From a virus (Duplodnaviria > Caudoviricetes): a stretch of 64,000 nucleotides of DNA. The notes under the pieces were generated by a model, which worked only from the letters and a program-made list of their open reading frames with translations, made no database searches and had not been told where the DNA came from. Positions 47,038 to 56,613 of this stretch are shown one piece after another. The position numbers and the translations under genes were made by a program. The first letter of the stretch is position 1, and each line of letters opens with the position of its first letter. The DNA lies in IMG/VR virus record IMGVR_UViG_3300005670_000019; one strand, 5' to 3'.

Positions 47038-47383
47038 TACTATCCATTATTAGGTCTTTGCCGTTTAGGCTGAAAACGCAAGAATTGGAATTATAATGAT
47101 TGAGCAACCGTTCAGTAATTAAATACTCCTGAAAGGTGTTTGAGTCAAGTATAACAATGGCTTTGTTTACCAATGGATGCTTGCCAATCTCAACAACAAT
47201 AAAACTTCTTGGACCCTTTTCAAGAGAGAGGATCACGTCCGCAAGTCGTGGTTGAAATCCCTCTGTAAATCTTTTACATAGGAAAAGATGACTGACTATT
47301 CCTTCTTGCTTCATTTCTCTGAAAGTAAGAACATCTCCTTCTTTGAGGTTCTCCATCAGCCAATTAAATTCCTGAATGTTCAC
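47027..47383 (-). CDS. paralogue family D member
   Basis: FNWLMENLKEGDVLTF...VFSLNG. Confidence 0.75.
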   Translation of the reverse strand: MNIQEFNWLMENLKEGDVLTFREMKQEGIVSHLFLCKRFTEGFQPRLADVILSLEKGPRSFIVVEIGKHPLVNKAIVILDSNTFQEYLITERLLNHYNSNSCVFSLNGKDLIMDSNEH

Positions 47384-47640
47384 TTCTTATTCTCCTTACG
47401 AAGCCTCAAAAGTCCTTTTGCTGCCATGATGAACGCCCAAACGTTCAAAATGTTGAAAAGAATGATTCCGATTTGTTCTGGATTGTTTAGAGCCAATGTA
47501 GTTTCGATGATGAAATACATCGCATAAATGAATAGATTTAGAGTGTATACAAGTTTGTTATTCCCTTTGGAAAGGTTCCAATGAGATAGAACACTTAGAA
47601 TAACAGTGATGATACTTGCGATGAGAAAGAAAATGGTCAT
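47380..47640 (-). CDS. small three-TM membrane protein (half-PnuC-like)
   Basis: three hydrophobic helices, 86 aa. Confidence 0.45.
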   Translation of the reverse strand: MTIFFLIASIITVILSVLSHWNLSKGNNKLVYTLNLFIYAMYFIIETTLALNNPEQIGIILFNILNVWAFIMAAKGLLRLRKENKK

Positions 47641-48323
47641 ACCTTCAACCTAAGTTTCTTGATTTCTTTTCTATAGATACTTTTTCCATATTTCAAACCT
47701 TGAACTATCGGAAGCAAGCCATCACTTGCAACAAAACATGTTGACCAATGAAATCTAAAATCGGGTCCATGACCAAACATATATTTCCCAATAAAACCTG
47801 CTGGGACATATCTCTCAAATGATGGCTTTTCAAAAATCACATACCCAAACGGAAACTCGATCTCGCGCGGTCTGATGTTGTGCCAATAGAAATCAAATGA
47901 ATGATTGTTTAGCCAACTTTTGAGATCGTTAGGACGATCCCACTCTTTCCAGTTTGGATTTTTGGTTACATAACCTTTGTGGTTCAGGGATGTTGGAATT
48001 GGACTTACAATTCTTTTTTCTTGAAAAAAGGTGTCTCCATGTCCTTCACCAACGAAAACTATTGTGTCTTTTGGGAGGAACCTAAGATGAGAAGGCTTCT
48101 TTACTTTGACAACATTCTCCGGCATGTCACAACCATAAAGTTCCCAATCTTTATCCCAGAATTCATGGTATTCTTGCTTTCCGGTTTCATATACCGGAAT
48201 GATCCAAGAATCTATATGCTGCGATTTTCTTTTGTGTACTTTATGTACATTTCTAATATTCTTTTTCCTCGCAGGCGTTCTTTTGTACGGACGCATTGGC
48301 ATGGTTCGAGGAAAATGTTGCAT
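47637..48323 (-). CDS. hypothetical protein
   Basis: 228 aa, first gene under promoter. Confidence 0.7.
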   Translation of the reverse strand: MQHFPRTMPMRPYKRTPARKKNIRNVHKVHKRKSQHIDSWIIPVYETGKQEYHEFWDKDWELYGCDMPENVVKVKKPSHLRFLPKDTIVFVGEGHGDTFFQEKRIVSPIPTSLNHKGYVTKNPNWKEWDRPNDLKSWLNNHSFDFYWHNIRPREIEFPFGYVIFEKPSFERYVPAGFIGKYMFGHGPDFRFHWSTCFVASDGLLPIVQGLKYGKSIYRKEIKKLRLKV

Positions 48324-48329
48324 ACCATA

Positions 48330-48358
48330 CCATTAGCAGAAATTTGTCGATTTTTCAA
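48330..48358 (-). promoter_or_regulatory. early promoter, predicted leaderless; divergent pair with 48421
   Basis: TTGAAA-17bp(TGC)-TAATGG, 6 nt before ATG 48323. Confidence 0.6.
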
Positions 48359-48420
48359 GGAAAATCAATAATTTCTAAAGGTTTTTGACTAAACTATTTA
48401 TAGATATTCCCTGGTATTGC

Positions 48421-48449
48421 TTGAAATTCGATGCCGTTTGGGGTACCTT
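48421..48449 (+). promoter_or_regulatory. early promoter
   Basis: TTGAAA-17bp-TACCTT, then AAGGAG SD. Confidence 0.7.
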
Positions 48450-48468
48450 GGAATACAAGGAGAAACTG

Positions 48469-49854
48469 ATGGTAGACAAGCACACCGCCCACGAGGCACC
48501 GAAGAAGAACGAACCGAAGACGAACGACCAAGGTTCCATTCTAAACGAAGCAATCATGAAGCTGCGTCAATACAACGCGCAGCCGAATGACGAGGAGTTT
48601 CAGCGACTTTTCGTGAGCATCCTCATGCAGGAGCCTTTCCTTTCGACGATGGCTCTCAGTATCAACCGAATCGTCGACAACACCATGCCGACCGCATATG
48701 TTGGTGTGCAGCGTGATGGGACGGAGCTTGCCTTCGTTCTCGGATATAACGCAGATTTCATGCGTTCTTTGACGCGTGAAGTCCAGCTTGGCGTGATCAA
48801 GCACGAGCTTTATCACTTGGTTTTCAACCATATCACCTCGCGAGGTGTCGGTGATAAGCGCATGGCAAAGCTTTGGAACATTGCAACCGACCTTGCAATC
48901 AACTCGATTATCGGCAAGGATAGTTTGCCGAAGGTCTGTCTCGTTCCGGGTCAGCGCCCGCTCGACATGACCACGGGTAAGCCCTCAGAAAAAAAGGTGG
49001 CTGACTACATTGCCAAGGCAAAGGGAATGCAGGCTTCCGACCTTTACTTCGAGGAGTTGAAGGAAGTTTTGAAGGACGAACTGTCCAAGGGACAGGAAGC
49101 TCTTGAAATCGCCCTCGGCGGAATCGGAGAAATGGATGACCATTCCGGATGGGGCGATCTACCGGCTGAAATCGAAGAGCAGCTTCGTGAAAGCATTCGT
49201 GAGCTTGTTTCCGAGGCTGTCAAGAAGTGTGACCGTTCCAACAATTGGGGCTCGGTTCCCGCAGAAATGCAGGAATACATTCGAAAGATGCTCTCGAATG
49301 AAGTTGATTGGCGTTCGATTGTCAAGAACTTCCTTGGACGCTGCCGAACCTCGGACCGCTTGGCAACGATCAAGCGAATTAACAAGAAGGTTCCTTATGC
49401 TCACCCTGGCGTGAAGCGTAAGACTGTCGCAACTTTCGCATGTTTCATTGACCAGTCGGGATCGGTTGGTGATAATGACCTTGAGCTTTTCTTTGGAGAG
49501 CTTGGTTCTTTCTCTCGCGAAACTCAGTTGGACGTTTTTCATTTCGACACCGATGTTGACGAAAAGTCTCACACGGTTTGGCGAAAGAACGGACCAGTAC
49601 CTAAGCCGAAGCGTACTCGCTGTGGCGGAACGGATTTCGATGCCGTGGCTCGATTCGTAAACCGCCAGGAAAACCAGGGAAAGTGGTCGGGCATCGTAAT
49701 CCTAACGGATGGTTATGCTCCGAAGCTTGGAATGGTTAAGGGCGCAAAGGTTTTGTGGGTTATCACCGAGAGTGGTGATGCAAAGAGTGCAATTCGATCT
49801 GGTGACCTTGTTTGCCAGATGAAGCGTGCGAAGTCGTTCCAGCGACACGGGTGA
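48469..49854 (+). CDS. zincin metallopeptidase-VWA protein (DUF2201-like)
   Basis: IKHELYH, WNIATDLAIN, MDDH..W, IDQSGS MIDAS, GGTDF, ILTDGY. Confidence 0.9.
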   Translation: MVDKHTAHEAPKKNEPKTNDQGSILNEAIMKLRQYNAQPNDEEFQRLFVSILMQEPFLSTMALSINRIVDNTMPTAYVGVQRDGTELAFVLGYNADFMRSLTREVQLGVIKHELYHLVFNHITSRGVGDKRMAKLWNIATDLAINSIIGKDSLPKVCLVPGQRPLDMTTGKPSEKKVADYIAKAKGMQASDLYFEELKEVLKDELSKGQEALEIALGGIGEMDDHSGWGDLPAEIEEQLRESIRELVSEAVKKCDRSNNWGSVPAEMQEYIRKMLSNEVDWRSIVKNFLGRCRTSDRLATIKRINKKVPYAHPGVKRKTVATFACFIDQSGSVGDNDLELFFGELGSFSRETQLDVFHFDTDVDEKSHTVWRKNGPVPKPKRTRCGGTDFDAVARFVNRQENQGKWSGIVILTDGYAPKLGMVKGAKVLWVITESGDAKSAIRSGDLVCQMKRAKSFQRHG

Positions 49855-49879
49855 ATTTCGGCTCCTTCTCCTTGCCAAG

Positions 49880-49916
49880 ATAAAGGCTCCTGTAATGGGA
49901 GCCTTTATTTATTTTC
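49880..49916 (+). terminator. intrinsic terminator
   Basis: ATAAAGGCTCC-loop-GGAGCCTTTATTT. Confidence 0.85.
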
Positions 49917-49945
49917 TTGAAAATGCCTGCGCCTCGTGTTATTCT
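49917..49945 (+). promoter_or_regulatory. early promoter
   Basis: TTGAAA-17bp(TGT)-TATTCT. Confidence 0.8.
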
Positions 49946-49969
49946 GGTATGGTAGATAAGGAACAAAAC

Positions 49970-50719
49970 ATGAACCCTTTTGCACTGCTAAGTAACTTTC
50001 TTGTCGCAAACATGGATTTGCGTGTCACCAAGTATGATGAACTTGAAAAAGGACTTCATGAAAGCAACCGCATAAAGGACACTTGGGACAGAAGTTTCGA
50101 TATTCCAAAAGGGTCCTTGATTTACATTTCTCGATACACCGCTGATACACTTTCTATTAGTTGCTATACGCCTGATGGAAAGCATGGAAAGGGAAAGATT
50201 CCTTTCTCTTCGGTTGAAGATGGAATGTTTTCATTGACTGACGAAACAATCTTTCAATGTAAGTTTCAAAAAGCACTTACTGGTCTTGGTTCCGATATCC
50301 TTATTCAATATTTTGAAAAGGAAAAGGAACCTTTGTACGAGGTAACGGTCAATCAAGGTTGTGATAACATTCCTCGCATTTCCACTGTGAGCATTCAAAA
50401 TCTCTTTTGGGACAGCAATCACGCCTGGCACCTCGTCCAGCGCGATTTTGCTCCATTCGGTGAATTTCCGGATCATCCTCTAAAGGACATTTTTGTGTCC
50501 TTGGACATTCTTTATCTTTGTGGTTGGATCGCACTGGAAGATTATAGACACATCGGGACGCAAAAATATACTCTGTTTCCGCGATTTCACAAGTTCAAAG
50601 ATGTAAAGATTGTTCCATTCCACAATGGATATCTTGAGGCACACAAAATCGTTTCCATAAATGCAAGTACGATCGCCAAGACCTATTTCAAAGAGCAAGC
50701 AAAGAAAGCAAAAGTATGA
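49970..50719 (+). CDS. hypothetical protein
   Basis: AAGGA SD before ATG 49970. Confidence 0.7.
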   Translation: MNPFALLSNFLVANMDLRVTKYDELEKGLHESNRIKDTWDRSFDIPKGSLIYISRYTADTLSISCYTPDGKHGKGKIPFSSVEDGMFSLTDETIFQCKFQKALTGLGSDILIQYFEKEKEPLYEVTVNQGCDNIPRISTVSIQNLFWDSNHAWHLVQRDFAPFGEFPDHPLKDIFVSLDILYLCGWIALEDYRHIGTQKYTLFPRFHKFKDVKIVPFHNGYLEAHKIVSINASTIAKTYFKEQAKKAKV

Positions 50720-51165
50720 CAAAGGCAATTTTCCTTCGTGGACCTTCTGGTTCTGGCAAGAGCACTTGGACAAAAAAGAACTATCCCAATGCCGTTGTTT
50801 GTTCGGCTGACGACTTCTTCATCGATCAAAAGACTGGAGAATACAAGTGGGACGGTGATAAGTTGATGATCGCTCACAACGTTTGTCAAGCAAAGTTCAA
50901 GAAGGCTTTGATGAACAAGGAACCCGTGGTCGTCGTGGACAACACGATGGTCAAAATTCGTGATATGGAATGGTATTATGAAACGGCAACGAAGTTGGGA
51001 TACGACGTCGAAGTTGTTGAGTTTCGAAAGCCCTTGAGCACCATCCTTGGGCGCAACACGCACAACGTGCCAGATTTCGCAGTCGAGCGAATGTACCAGA
51101 CGATGAAGCAAAATCCGATTCCGAAAAACTGGAATGTCAAGGTGACGCAAGTTACCGAGGATTGA
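50716..51165 (+). CDS. P-loop polynucleotide-kinase-like protein (AAA_33/N4BP2-like)
   Basis: LRGPSGSGKST, CSADDFF, AHNVCQ, VVDNT, RNTHNVP. Confidence 0.9.
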   Translation: MTKAIFLRGPSGSGKSTWTKKNYPNAVVCSADDFFIDQKTGEYKWDGDKLMIAHNVCQAKFKKALMNKEPVVVVDNTMVKIRDMEWYYETATKLGYDVEVVEFRKPLSTILGRNTHNVPDFAVERMYQTMKQNPIPKNWNVKVTQVTED

Positions 51166-51827
51166 AGATGTTTCTCGAAAACTATCCTCGAAAATCAACT
51201 ATGAAGTTTTGGGATCTTGTCACCGACTCGAACTATAAAGAAGGAGTTTGGTTGAAATATGAAGACCTTGAAAACCCCAAAGAGAGTTTTCAGCTACTTC
51301 TAAGCATTGACCATTGGTGGACCTTTTCCCGATTTTTTGGACAAATAAGTATTGTTGAAGACCTTTTGAAGGTAGGATCAGTTGCGCCCACTGTCGGTTC
51401 AATCCTTCCAATGAGTACACACAGTTTTCCAGAAGTCAATGAAGGACAAACATGGATTTCTCTTTGTGGAAAAAATGTAGGCTATACAGGCACGAAGCCG
51501 CTTTTTTCTGACGGTCCGCTCGGTGTAGGAACAGACCGAGACAAAAAACTTGCTTGTAAGTGGTCGACAACTTTCAAGGAAATTGAAAAACGATACGGAT
51601 GTGTTCCTGATGGATTTTATCCATTCCTCAACTGCGAAGGGCATAAGTTCAGATATAGTTATATCTCCCTTGCAATTCTGGTTGCTGGTGAATATATCTT
51701 TCCGCTTCCTTATGGATTTAATTTTGCGGCGAAGGCTGCACTATTTCCATTTGAAAACGGATTACTTTCGTTTCATAAAAACCTTTTCAAGAAGAGTGAC
51801 AATGGCAAATCTCTTTTCAAAAGATGA
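51162..51827 (+). CDS. hypothetical protein
   Basis: 221 aa. Confidence 0.7.
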   Translation: MKMFLENYPRKSTMKFWDLVTDSNYKEGVWLKYEDLENPKESFQLLLSIDHWWTFSRFFGQISIVEDLLKVGSVAPTVGSILPMSTHSFPEVNEGQTWISLCGKNVGYTGTKPLFSDGPLGVGTDRDKKLACKWSTTFKEIEKRYGCVPDGFYPFLNCEGHKFRYSYISLAILVAGEYIFPLPYGFNFAAKAALFPFENGLLSFHKNLFKKSDNGKSLFKR

Positions 51828-52683
51828 AAATGTTCCTCACATTATGCCCGTGCCGGAAGGTACATTTCGCGCTGTAAGAAAACATGACATTCATCTTGGT
51901 GTCGACATTTATATGCCAGAGGGAACCGAAGTAATTTTTCCCTCCACGTTCAAACTTACAGCAACCGATGCAGTCGTAAGAAAGATTGAAACGTTTACTG
52001 GTCCAAATTCAACTCCTCCGACACCATGGTGGAATGAAACAAAATCTGTTATTCTTCAATGCAATAATTCTGGCAGATTTTTTATCTTCGGAGAAATCGA
52101 AACCTCTCTAAAGGTTGGCGACATGCTCAAGCCTGGTGATGTTGTTGGAACTGTTTCGAAAGTGTTGAAGACCTACAAAGGAATTCCACAATCAATGCTT
52201 CATTTTGAAATCTGGAACCATGGGTATGAAACGTTTTTGCAAAGTTGTGATTTTGGACTTTGTTCTGTTTCACTTGAATGGAATAGAAAGGGTTTCATTC
52301 TTTCAGGTGAAAGTTTTGACGGAAATACAAAAGAGTATTACTTTGAAGATAAAGAAGACTTGTTTGAGCGTTCATTAATTGGATTTTATCAAAAATGCGT
52401 TGATGATGCCGAGATTCTTCTCCAAGATGAAAATGCAGACAACCTCGAAGTCGGAGTTCTTTATGAGGTTGAAAAGGATTTGCAGTTTCATCAGTATTCA
52501 TATGGGTTTTCCTATCACCGTTCTCCTCGAAAAGGAGAGGCGTTTGTTTACTTAGGAAGGTCTAAAAGAAAAGTTGGAATCGATCAACGAGAGGAAACGG
52601 TTTTGCATTTTGCCAATCATGAAGCGGCAGAAATCAAGATCCCGTCATTTAGACTTTCTCACTTTTTGAAAAAGGTTGGTTGA
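51802..52683 (+). CDS. M23-peptidase-like protein with C-terminal extra domain
   Basis: HLGVDI..PEGTEV, LKVGDMLKPGDVVGTV, MLHFEI. Confidence 0.75.
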   Translation: MANLFSKDENVPHIMPVPEGTFRAVRKHDIHLGVDIYMPEGTEVIFPSTFKLTATDAVVRKIETFTGPNSTPPTPWWNETKSVILQCNNSGRFFIFGEIETSLKVGDMLKPGDVVGTVSKVLKTYKGIPQSMLHFEIWNHGYETFLQSCDFGLCSVSLEWNRKGFILSGESFDGNTKEYYFEDKEDLFERSLIGFYQKCVDDAEILLQDENADNLEVGVLYEVEKDLQFHQYSYGFSYHRSPRKGEAFVYLGRSKRKVGIDQREETVLHFANHEAAEIKIPSFRLSHFLKKVG

Positions 52684-52708
52684 AAACTGCACAGTTTTCA
52701 GTTATTGT
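52680..52708 (+). promoter_or_regulatory. early promoter of def
   Basis: TTGAAA-17bp-TATTGT. Confidence 0.65.
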
Positions 52709-52721
52709 AAGTTGAGGGCAA

Positions 52722-53213
52722 ATGCAAATTAGACACTATTCAATCATTCGACCATGCACAAAAGATGTAAAGAAGTTCGATCAGGCTCTTCTTGATATCA
52801 AGAAGGAAATGCAAGAACTTTGTGAACGAACAAATGGAATCGGACTTTCAGCTTCTCAAGTTGGATTAGAAGAACGTCTTTTCATCTTTCAAAGAGAGAA
52901 CGGCAATTGGATTCTTGTTTGTAATCCAAAAATGATCCCTCAAAAGAATGAAGGTCTTCAACGTCATGTTGAAGGTTGTCTTTCTGTTCCTAACGAAGCC
53001 TTCGAGGTTCGCAGGTGGGCAAAAGTAAATGCATCCTGGCAAGATGAAAACGGAAACTTTGTCGAAGAAGAGCTTTCGGGAAGAAACGCTCAAGTCTTTC
53101 AACATGAGTTTGATCATCTTGTAGCTCGTTCTATTGTTGATAGAGCAAAGAGCCAATATCGTTCAAGTCGCTTTGAAGCCTCTCGTCAAAAGAAAAAGAG
53201 AAGCAAGAAATGA
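52722..53213 (+). CDS. def: peptide deformylase
   Basis: GIGLSASQVG, EGCLSVP, QHEFDHL. Confidence 0.95.
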   Translation: MQIRHYSIIRPCTKDVKKFDQALLDIKKEMQELCERTNGIGLSASQVGLEERLFIFQRENGNWILVCNPKMIPQKNEGLQRHVEGCLSVPNEAFEVRRWAKVNASWQDENGNFVEEELSGRNAQVFQHEFDHLVARSIVDRAKSQYRSSRFEASRQKKKRSKK

Positions 53214-53241
53214 AATATTTCTTAATTCAAGATCCCTGTCT

Positions 53242-53622
53242 TTGAAAGGATTTGCATTGAAAGACCCGACGTGCTGGATTCCATATGGAGAAGCCTTTGA
53301 AGTAAAGTATGACATATCAATTGATGATGTTAAACATTATGGAATTTTTCCGAAAGACAAACATGGTCATTTTTATCGCTTGGAGCAAGGAATGATTTTT
53401 GTGCCGACTTCGTCATTACAACGACATGGATCTTATTTCAACTCAATTGATTATAGACTTGATCAAAACTTTCCTTTGATTATTTCTGGGATTTGTCATC
53501 ACAAAGGAAGCATAACAACCTTGAATGTTTGGGTCGGTAAAAGGGACGAAACAACTACTCTAATCAAAAAACAACTTTTTGATTTTGTTTTTGAAAGATT
53601 ACAAAATGACAGAAGTATCTAA
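53242..53622 (+). CDS. hypothetical protein
   Basis: probable TTG start at 53242; start uncertain. Confidence 0.55.
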   Translation: MKGFALKDPTCWIPYGEAFEVKYDISIDDVKHYGIFPKDKHGHFYRLEQGMIFVPTSSLQRHGSYFNSIDYRLDQNFPLIISGICHHKGSITTLNVWVGKRDETTTLIKKQLFDFVFERLQNDRSI

Positions 53623-53989
53623 GCTCCTTCTATCTCTAAAGCCAGGACAGGTTGTGTACAGAACGGCAGTAAATGAAAATATTGTTCCGGGTCTTTCATT
53701 GAGCTCGATAACAGACCGAACAAATCCATTCGTTATAAATCCTGTGGCTCTACAGAGGGGGATTCACCCTTTCGAAGAACATGACCCAATGATTTACTAT
53801 GGAGAAGGTAAAGCAAAACTTTCAACCCTTTATTATGGTGGTGATGTTATAGAAGAAGATATTGTAGAAAGATATGTAGAAGATATTTTCATTTTCTTAC
53901 ATCATTTCAATAATGCAACTTACCAGTTTAGTTTTAGTAAATCCAGTCTTTACGCCGAAAATTTTCACACTCTATTTTATATTCTTTGA
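53606..53989 (+). CDS. hypothetical protein
   Basis: ATG 53606; SLKPGQVVY motif. Confidence 0.65.
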   Translation: MTEVSKLLLSLKPGQVVYRTAVNENIVPGLSLSSITDRTNPFVINPVALQRGIHPFEEHDPMIYYGEGKAKLSTLYYGGDVIEEDIVERYVEDIFIFLHHFNNATYQFSFSKSSLYAENFHTLFYIL

Positions 53990-54014
53990 TATTCCATCAA
54001 CAACGTGTTAGGAT
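53986..54014 (+). promoter_or_regulatory. early promoter, predicted leaderless
   Basis: TTGATA-17bp(TGT)-TAGGAT, 5 nt before ATG 54020. Confidence 0.75.
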
Positions 54015-54019
54015 GAAGT

Positions 54020-55273
54020 ATGGAAAAAAGACATGTCTACATTTTGGGTGGAGGAACGGTTCAACATATTCGTCCACACCTTTCTCTTGCAGCACCCGCT
54101 TATGGTTCAACTGCCAAGAAACTTGTTGAAATTGTAAGCATTACAGGACATCCATATGATGTTGGACTTACAAAGATGGCAGGACCTCGGTGGGCAAGTG
54201 AATGCATTGGGGAAACAAATGAAGAAGTTGAAAACTGGATTCAAGAAAATATTCTTGGAAACAAGGAACCTTCAATTGTTTTCTTGAACGTCGCTTTTTG
54301 CGACTTCCGTGCATCTATTGATGACGGAACTTTTCAGTCAGGAAAACATCTTCCACGTCTAAAGACTTCCGAGGGAAAGAAGTCCATCATTCTCGAACCG
54401 ACAGAAAAGGTTCTTTCAAAAATCCGAAAAGAACGAAAGGATATCTTTCTTGTTGCTTGGAAGACAACAGCAGGATCTACAAGAGAAGAAATGTTTGAGG
54501 CTGGTTTGAAGCTTCTAAAGAAAAACTCTTGCAACCTAGTTTTTGTAAATGACATTCATACTCGTTACAACATGATTGTAACTCCTGAACTTGCTGAGTA
54601 TGCTTTTTCTCAAGACCGAGAGGCTTCTCTAAAAGAGCTTGTTTACATGGCTCTAAATCGTTCATCTGCCCACTTTACAAGAACCACTTGGAATAAGGGA
54701 GAGTTGAAAGAGATTGAAGAAAGTCCAAAAACTCTTCAAGAAGTTCTAAAGAGTTGCATTGAACTTGGAGCCTATCAAGCATTCAATGATGTAACAGTGG
54801 GACATTTTGGTTATAGAGATCCAAACTCTTCAAACGTTCTTTGGTCTTCTCGTCGGAAACAAAACTACAATAAAGCAGGTGGGACGGACCTTTGCAAAGT
54901 AGAGTTTGATCTCGCAAATAACATGCAGACAGTTACCACTCCAATAGCTTCTATGAAGGCTTCTGCTGGCGCTAGGAGCCAGTTTCACGTCCTTCAAAAA
55001 TTCAAGGAGCTAGACTGCATCATTCATTTTCACTGCCCTCTAAAGCCCGATTACGATAAAAGAATAGGCATCAGACCCCAACGTCTCTTTGAGTGCGGCT
55101 CAACAGAATGTGGATTGAATACAGTCGTAGGTATGTCAAAAATCGACAATGACTTTGCGGTTGTTATGCTTGACAAGCATGGACCAAACATTTGTTTCTC
55201 TTCAAAAGCAGACCCAAAGAAAATCGTTGAGTTTATCAAAAACAACTTCGATCTTACAAAAAGAGCAAAATGA
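54020..55273 (+). CDS. CoaB/DFP-like amide ligase fused to class II aldolase-like domain
   Basis: ILGGGT..IRPH....AYG, NVAFCDF, LVAWKT, NLVFVND; then CIIHFHCP, CGS.E, MLDKHG. Confidence 0.7.
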   Translation: MEKRHVYILGGGTVQHIRPHLSLAAPAYGSTAKKLVEIVSITGHPYDVGLTKMAGPRWASECIGETNEEVENWIQENILGNKEPSIVFLNVAFCDFRASIDDGTFQSGKHLPRLKTSEGKKSIILEPTEKVLSKIRKERKDIFLVAWKTTAGSTREEMFEAGLKLLKKNSCNLVFVNDIHTRYNMIVTPELAEYAFSQDREASLKELVYMALNRSSAHFTRTTWNKGELKEIEESPKTLQEVLKSCIELGAYQAFNDVTVGHFGYRDPNSSNVLWSSRRKQNYNKAGGTDLCKVEFDLANNMQTVTTPIASMKASAGARSQFHVLQKFKELDCIIHFHCPLKPDYDKRIGIRPQRLFECGSTECGLNTVVGMSKIDNDFAVVMLDKHGPNICFSSKADPKKIVEFIKNNFDLTKRAK

Positions 55274-55699
55274 ATGACAATGTATGTCAAAGAATATCTT
55301 CGATCTCTTCCAAAAATTGGAGATATGATCTTTTGCTATGACACGGATCAGTCGAAGAATTACAAAGCTTTCTTTGTTTCAAAGATTGAAGTCGTGATCG
55401 ACGATGAATACTTTTGGAAAATTGATGGAGCTATTACAAGAAAAGAAGCTGATAAGGTTGAAGAGTTTCTCAACAATCCAAACAAGAAATATCGTAAAAG
55501 AGATTTGAAGAACCTGAAATGTTTCAAAAAACACAAGATTCATTTGTTCGGAGGACAAGAAACTGACGTGTTTGTGTTTGACACACTCATGCACAAGAAA
55601 CATCTATTGGAAATCGACAACAAAAAATTGAAAACCTTTCCAGAGTATGGTTTCGCAAAAGAAGCTGGTGCAAAATGGATTCTTTTCACAGACGTGTAA
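55274..55699 (+). CDS. hypothetical protein
   Basis: LPKIGDMIF. Confidence 0.7.
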   Translation: MTMYVKEYLRSLPKIGDMIFCYDTDQSKNYKAFFVSKIEVVIDDEYFWKIDGAITRKEADKVEEFLNNPNKKYRKRDLKNLKCFKKHKIHLFGGQETDVFVFDTLMHKKHLLEIDNKKLKTFPEYGFAKEAGAKWILFTDV

Positions 55700-56139
55700 A
55701 CCCTGTTCACTTTGATCCTCCGGACAAAGAGCTTTACAAAAGAGCAATCAATTTCTTCTCTCCGGGAGACATTCTAACACTTGAAAGTCATAAGGATAGA
55801 AGTATCATTCTCTATCTTCCAAATATAGAAATCAAGTATTTGGAAGATTTTGACAATGTTGAAAGGTTGAACTTTGAAGGTCACAAAGAAAAGCGGATTG
55901 ATTTAGTCTTTCTTGAAATGAAAGATGATAATGAAAAATTTTCTCATTTCGTAATGGACCCTCCGCAAGGAAATAAAGTTCCCTTGTTTTTCTTCGTGGT
56001 CCTAACAAAGGACCTGAAAACTACAGGGAAAATTTGTGTTTGGATGGATTGGTTTCAATCTGGATTTCTTTGGTCCCGAGCTCTAAAAAATGGGAAACTC
56101 TTTTGGGATCCTTCTGCTAATCCTAAACTTTGTTGGTGA
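55675..56139 (+). CDS. hypothetical protein, family D-like
   Basis: FSPGDILTL...ALKNGKL. Confidence 0.65.
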   Translation: MDSFHRRVNPVHFDPPDKELYKRAINFFSPGDILTLESHKDRSIILYLPNIEIKYLEDFDNVERLNFEGHKEKRIDLVFLEMKDDNEKFSHFVMDPPQGNKVPLFFFVVLTKDLKTTGKICVWMDWFQSGFLWSRALKNGKLFWDPSANPKLCW

Positions 56140-56582
56140 ATGAAATGACGGGAATGGACAAAACAGACGGGTTGATGCTGATATCAAATCCGCAACTATA
56201 TGAACCCGGGGATTTGCTTTCATTCAAAACTTCCCTTTATTTCACTTACCAATATTGGCGAGACAATACAGGGAAGAAGATAACAGATGAAGAACAGTTT
56301 CGATACTTGAAAGGCATTTGTGTCTCAACTGGTGTAAAGTATTTGAAAGAACCAATAGAAATAATGACACTTGTTCTTTCTAAGAAAGCCTCACACAGCA
56401 ACAGGGGAAGAAGAGTCATTTTGAAATGCTTGAGTGAAATTGAAGAAAAGAATGTTCTGTTCTGCGTAAAGCATATATGGAATTCACAATCTACAAGCAT
56501 TTCTATAAATCATGAGGAAAAAATAGTTTTTGATCATAATCTTAGCAAATTTTTGTTAATTGAAACAAATACAAACTCTTGA
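56130..56582 (+). CDS. hypothetical protein, family D-like
   Basis: YEPGDLLSF. Confidence 0.6.
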   Translation: MLVNEMTGMDKTDGLMLISNPQLYEPGDLLSFKTSLYFTYQYWRDNTGKKITDEEQFRYLKGICVSTGVKYLKEPIEIMTLVLSKKASHSNRGRRVILKCLSEIEEKNVLFCVKHIWNSQSTSISINHEEKIVFDHNLSKFLLIETNTNS

Positions 56583-56607
56583 CATTTTCCTCAAATCATG
56601 GCACAAT
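56579..56607 (+). promoter_or_regulatory. early promoter, predicted leaderless
   Basis: TTGACA-17bp(TGG)-CACAAT, 6 nt before ATG 56614. Confidence 0.7.
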
Positions 56608-56613
56608 AGAGGA

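Noticed and set aside
53240-53245. CTT TGA resembling the prfB +1 frameshift site
   Set aside because: The downstream ORF is in the -1 frame and there is no internal SD; an ordinary TTGA overlap explains it
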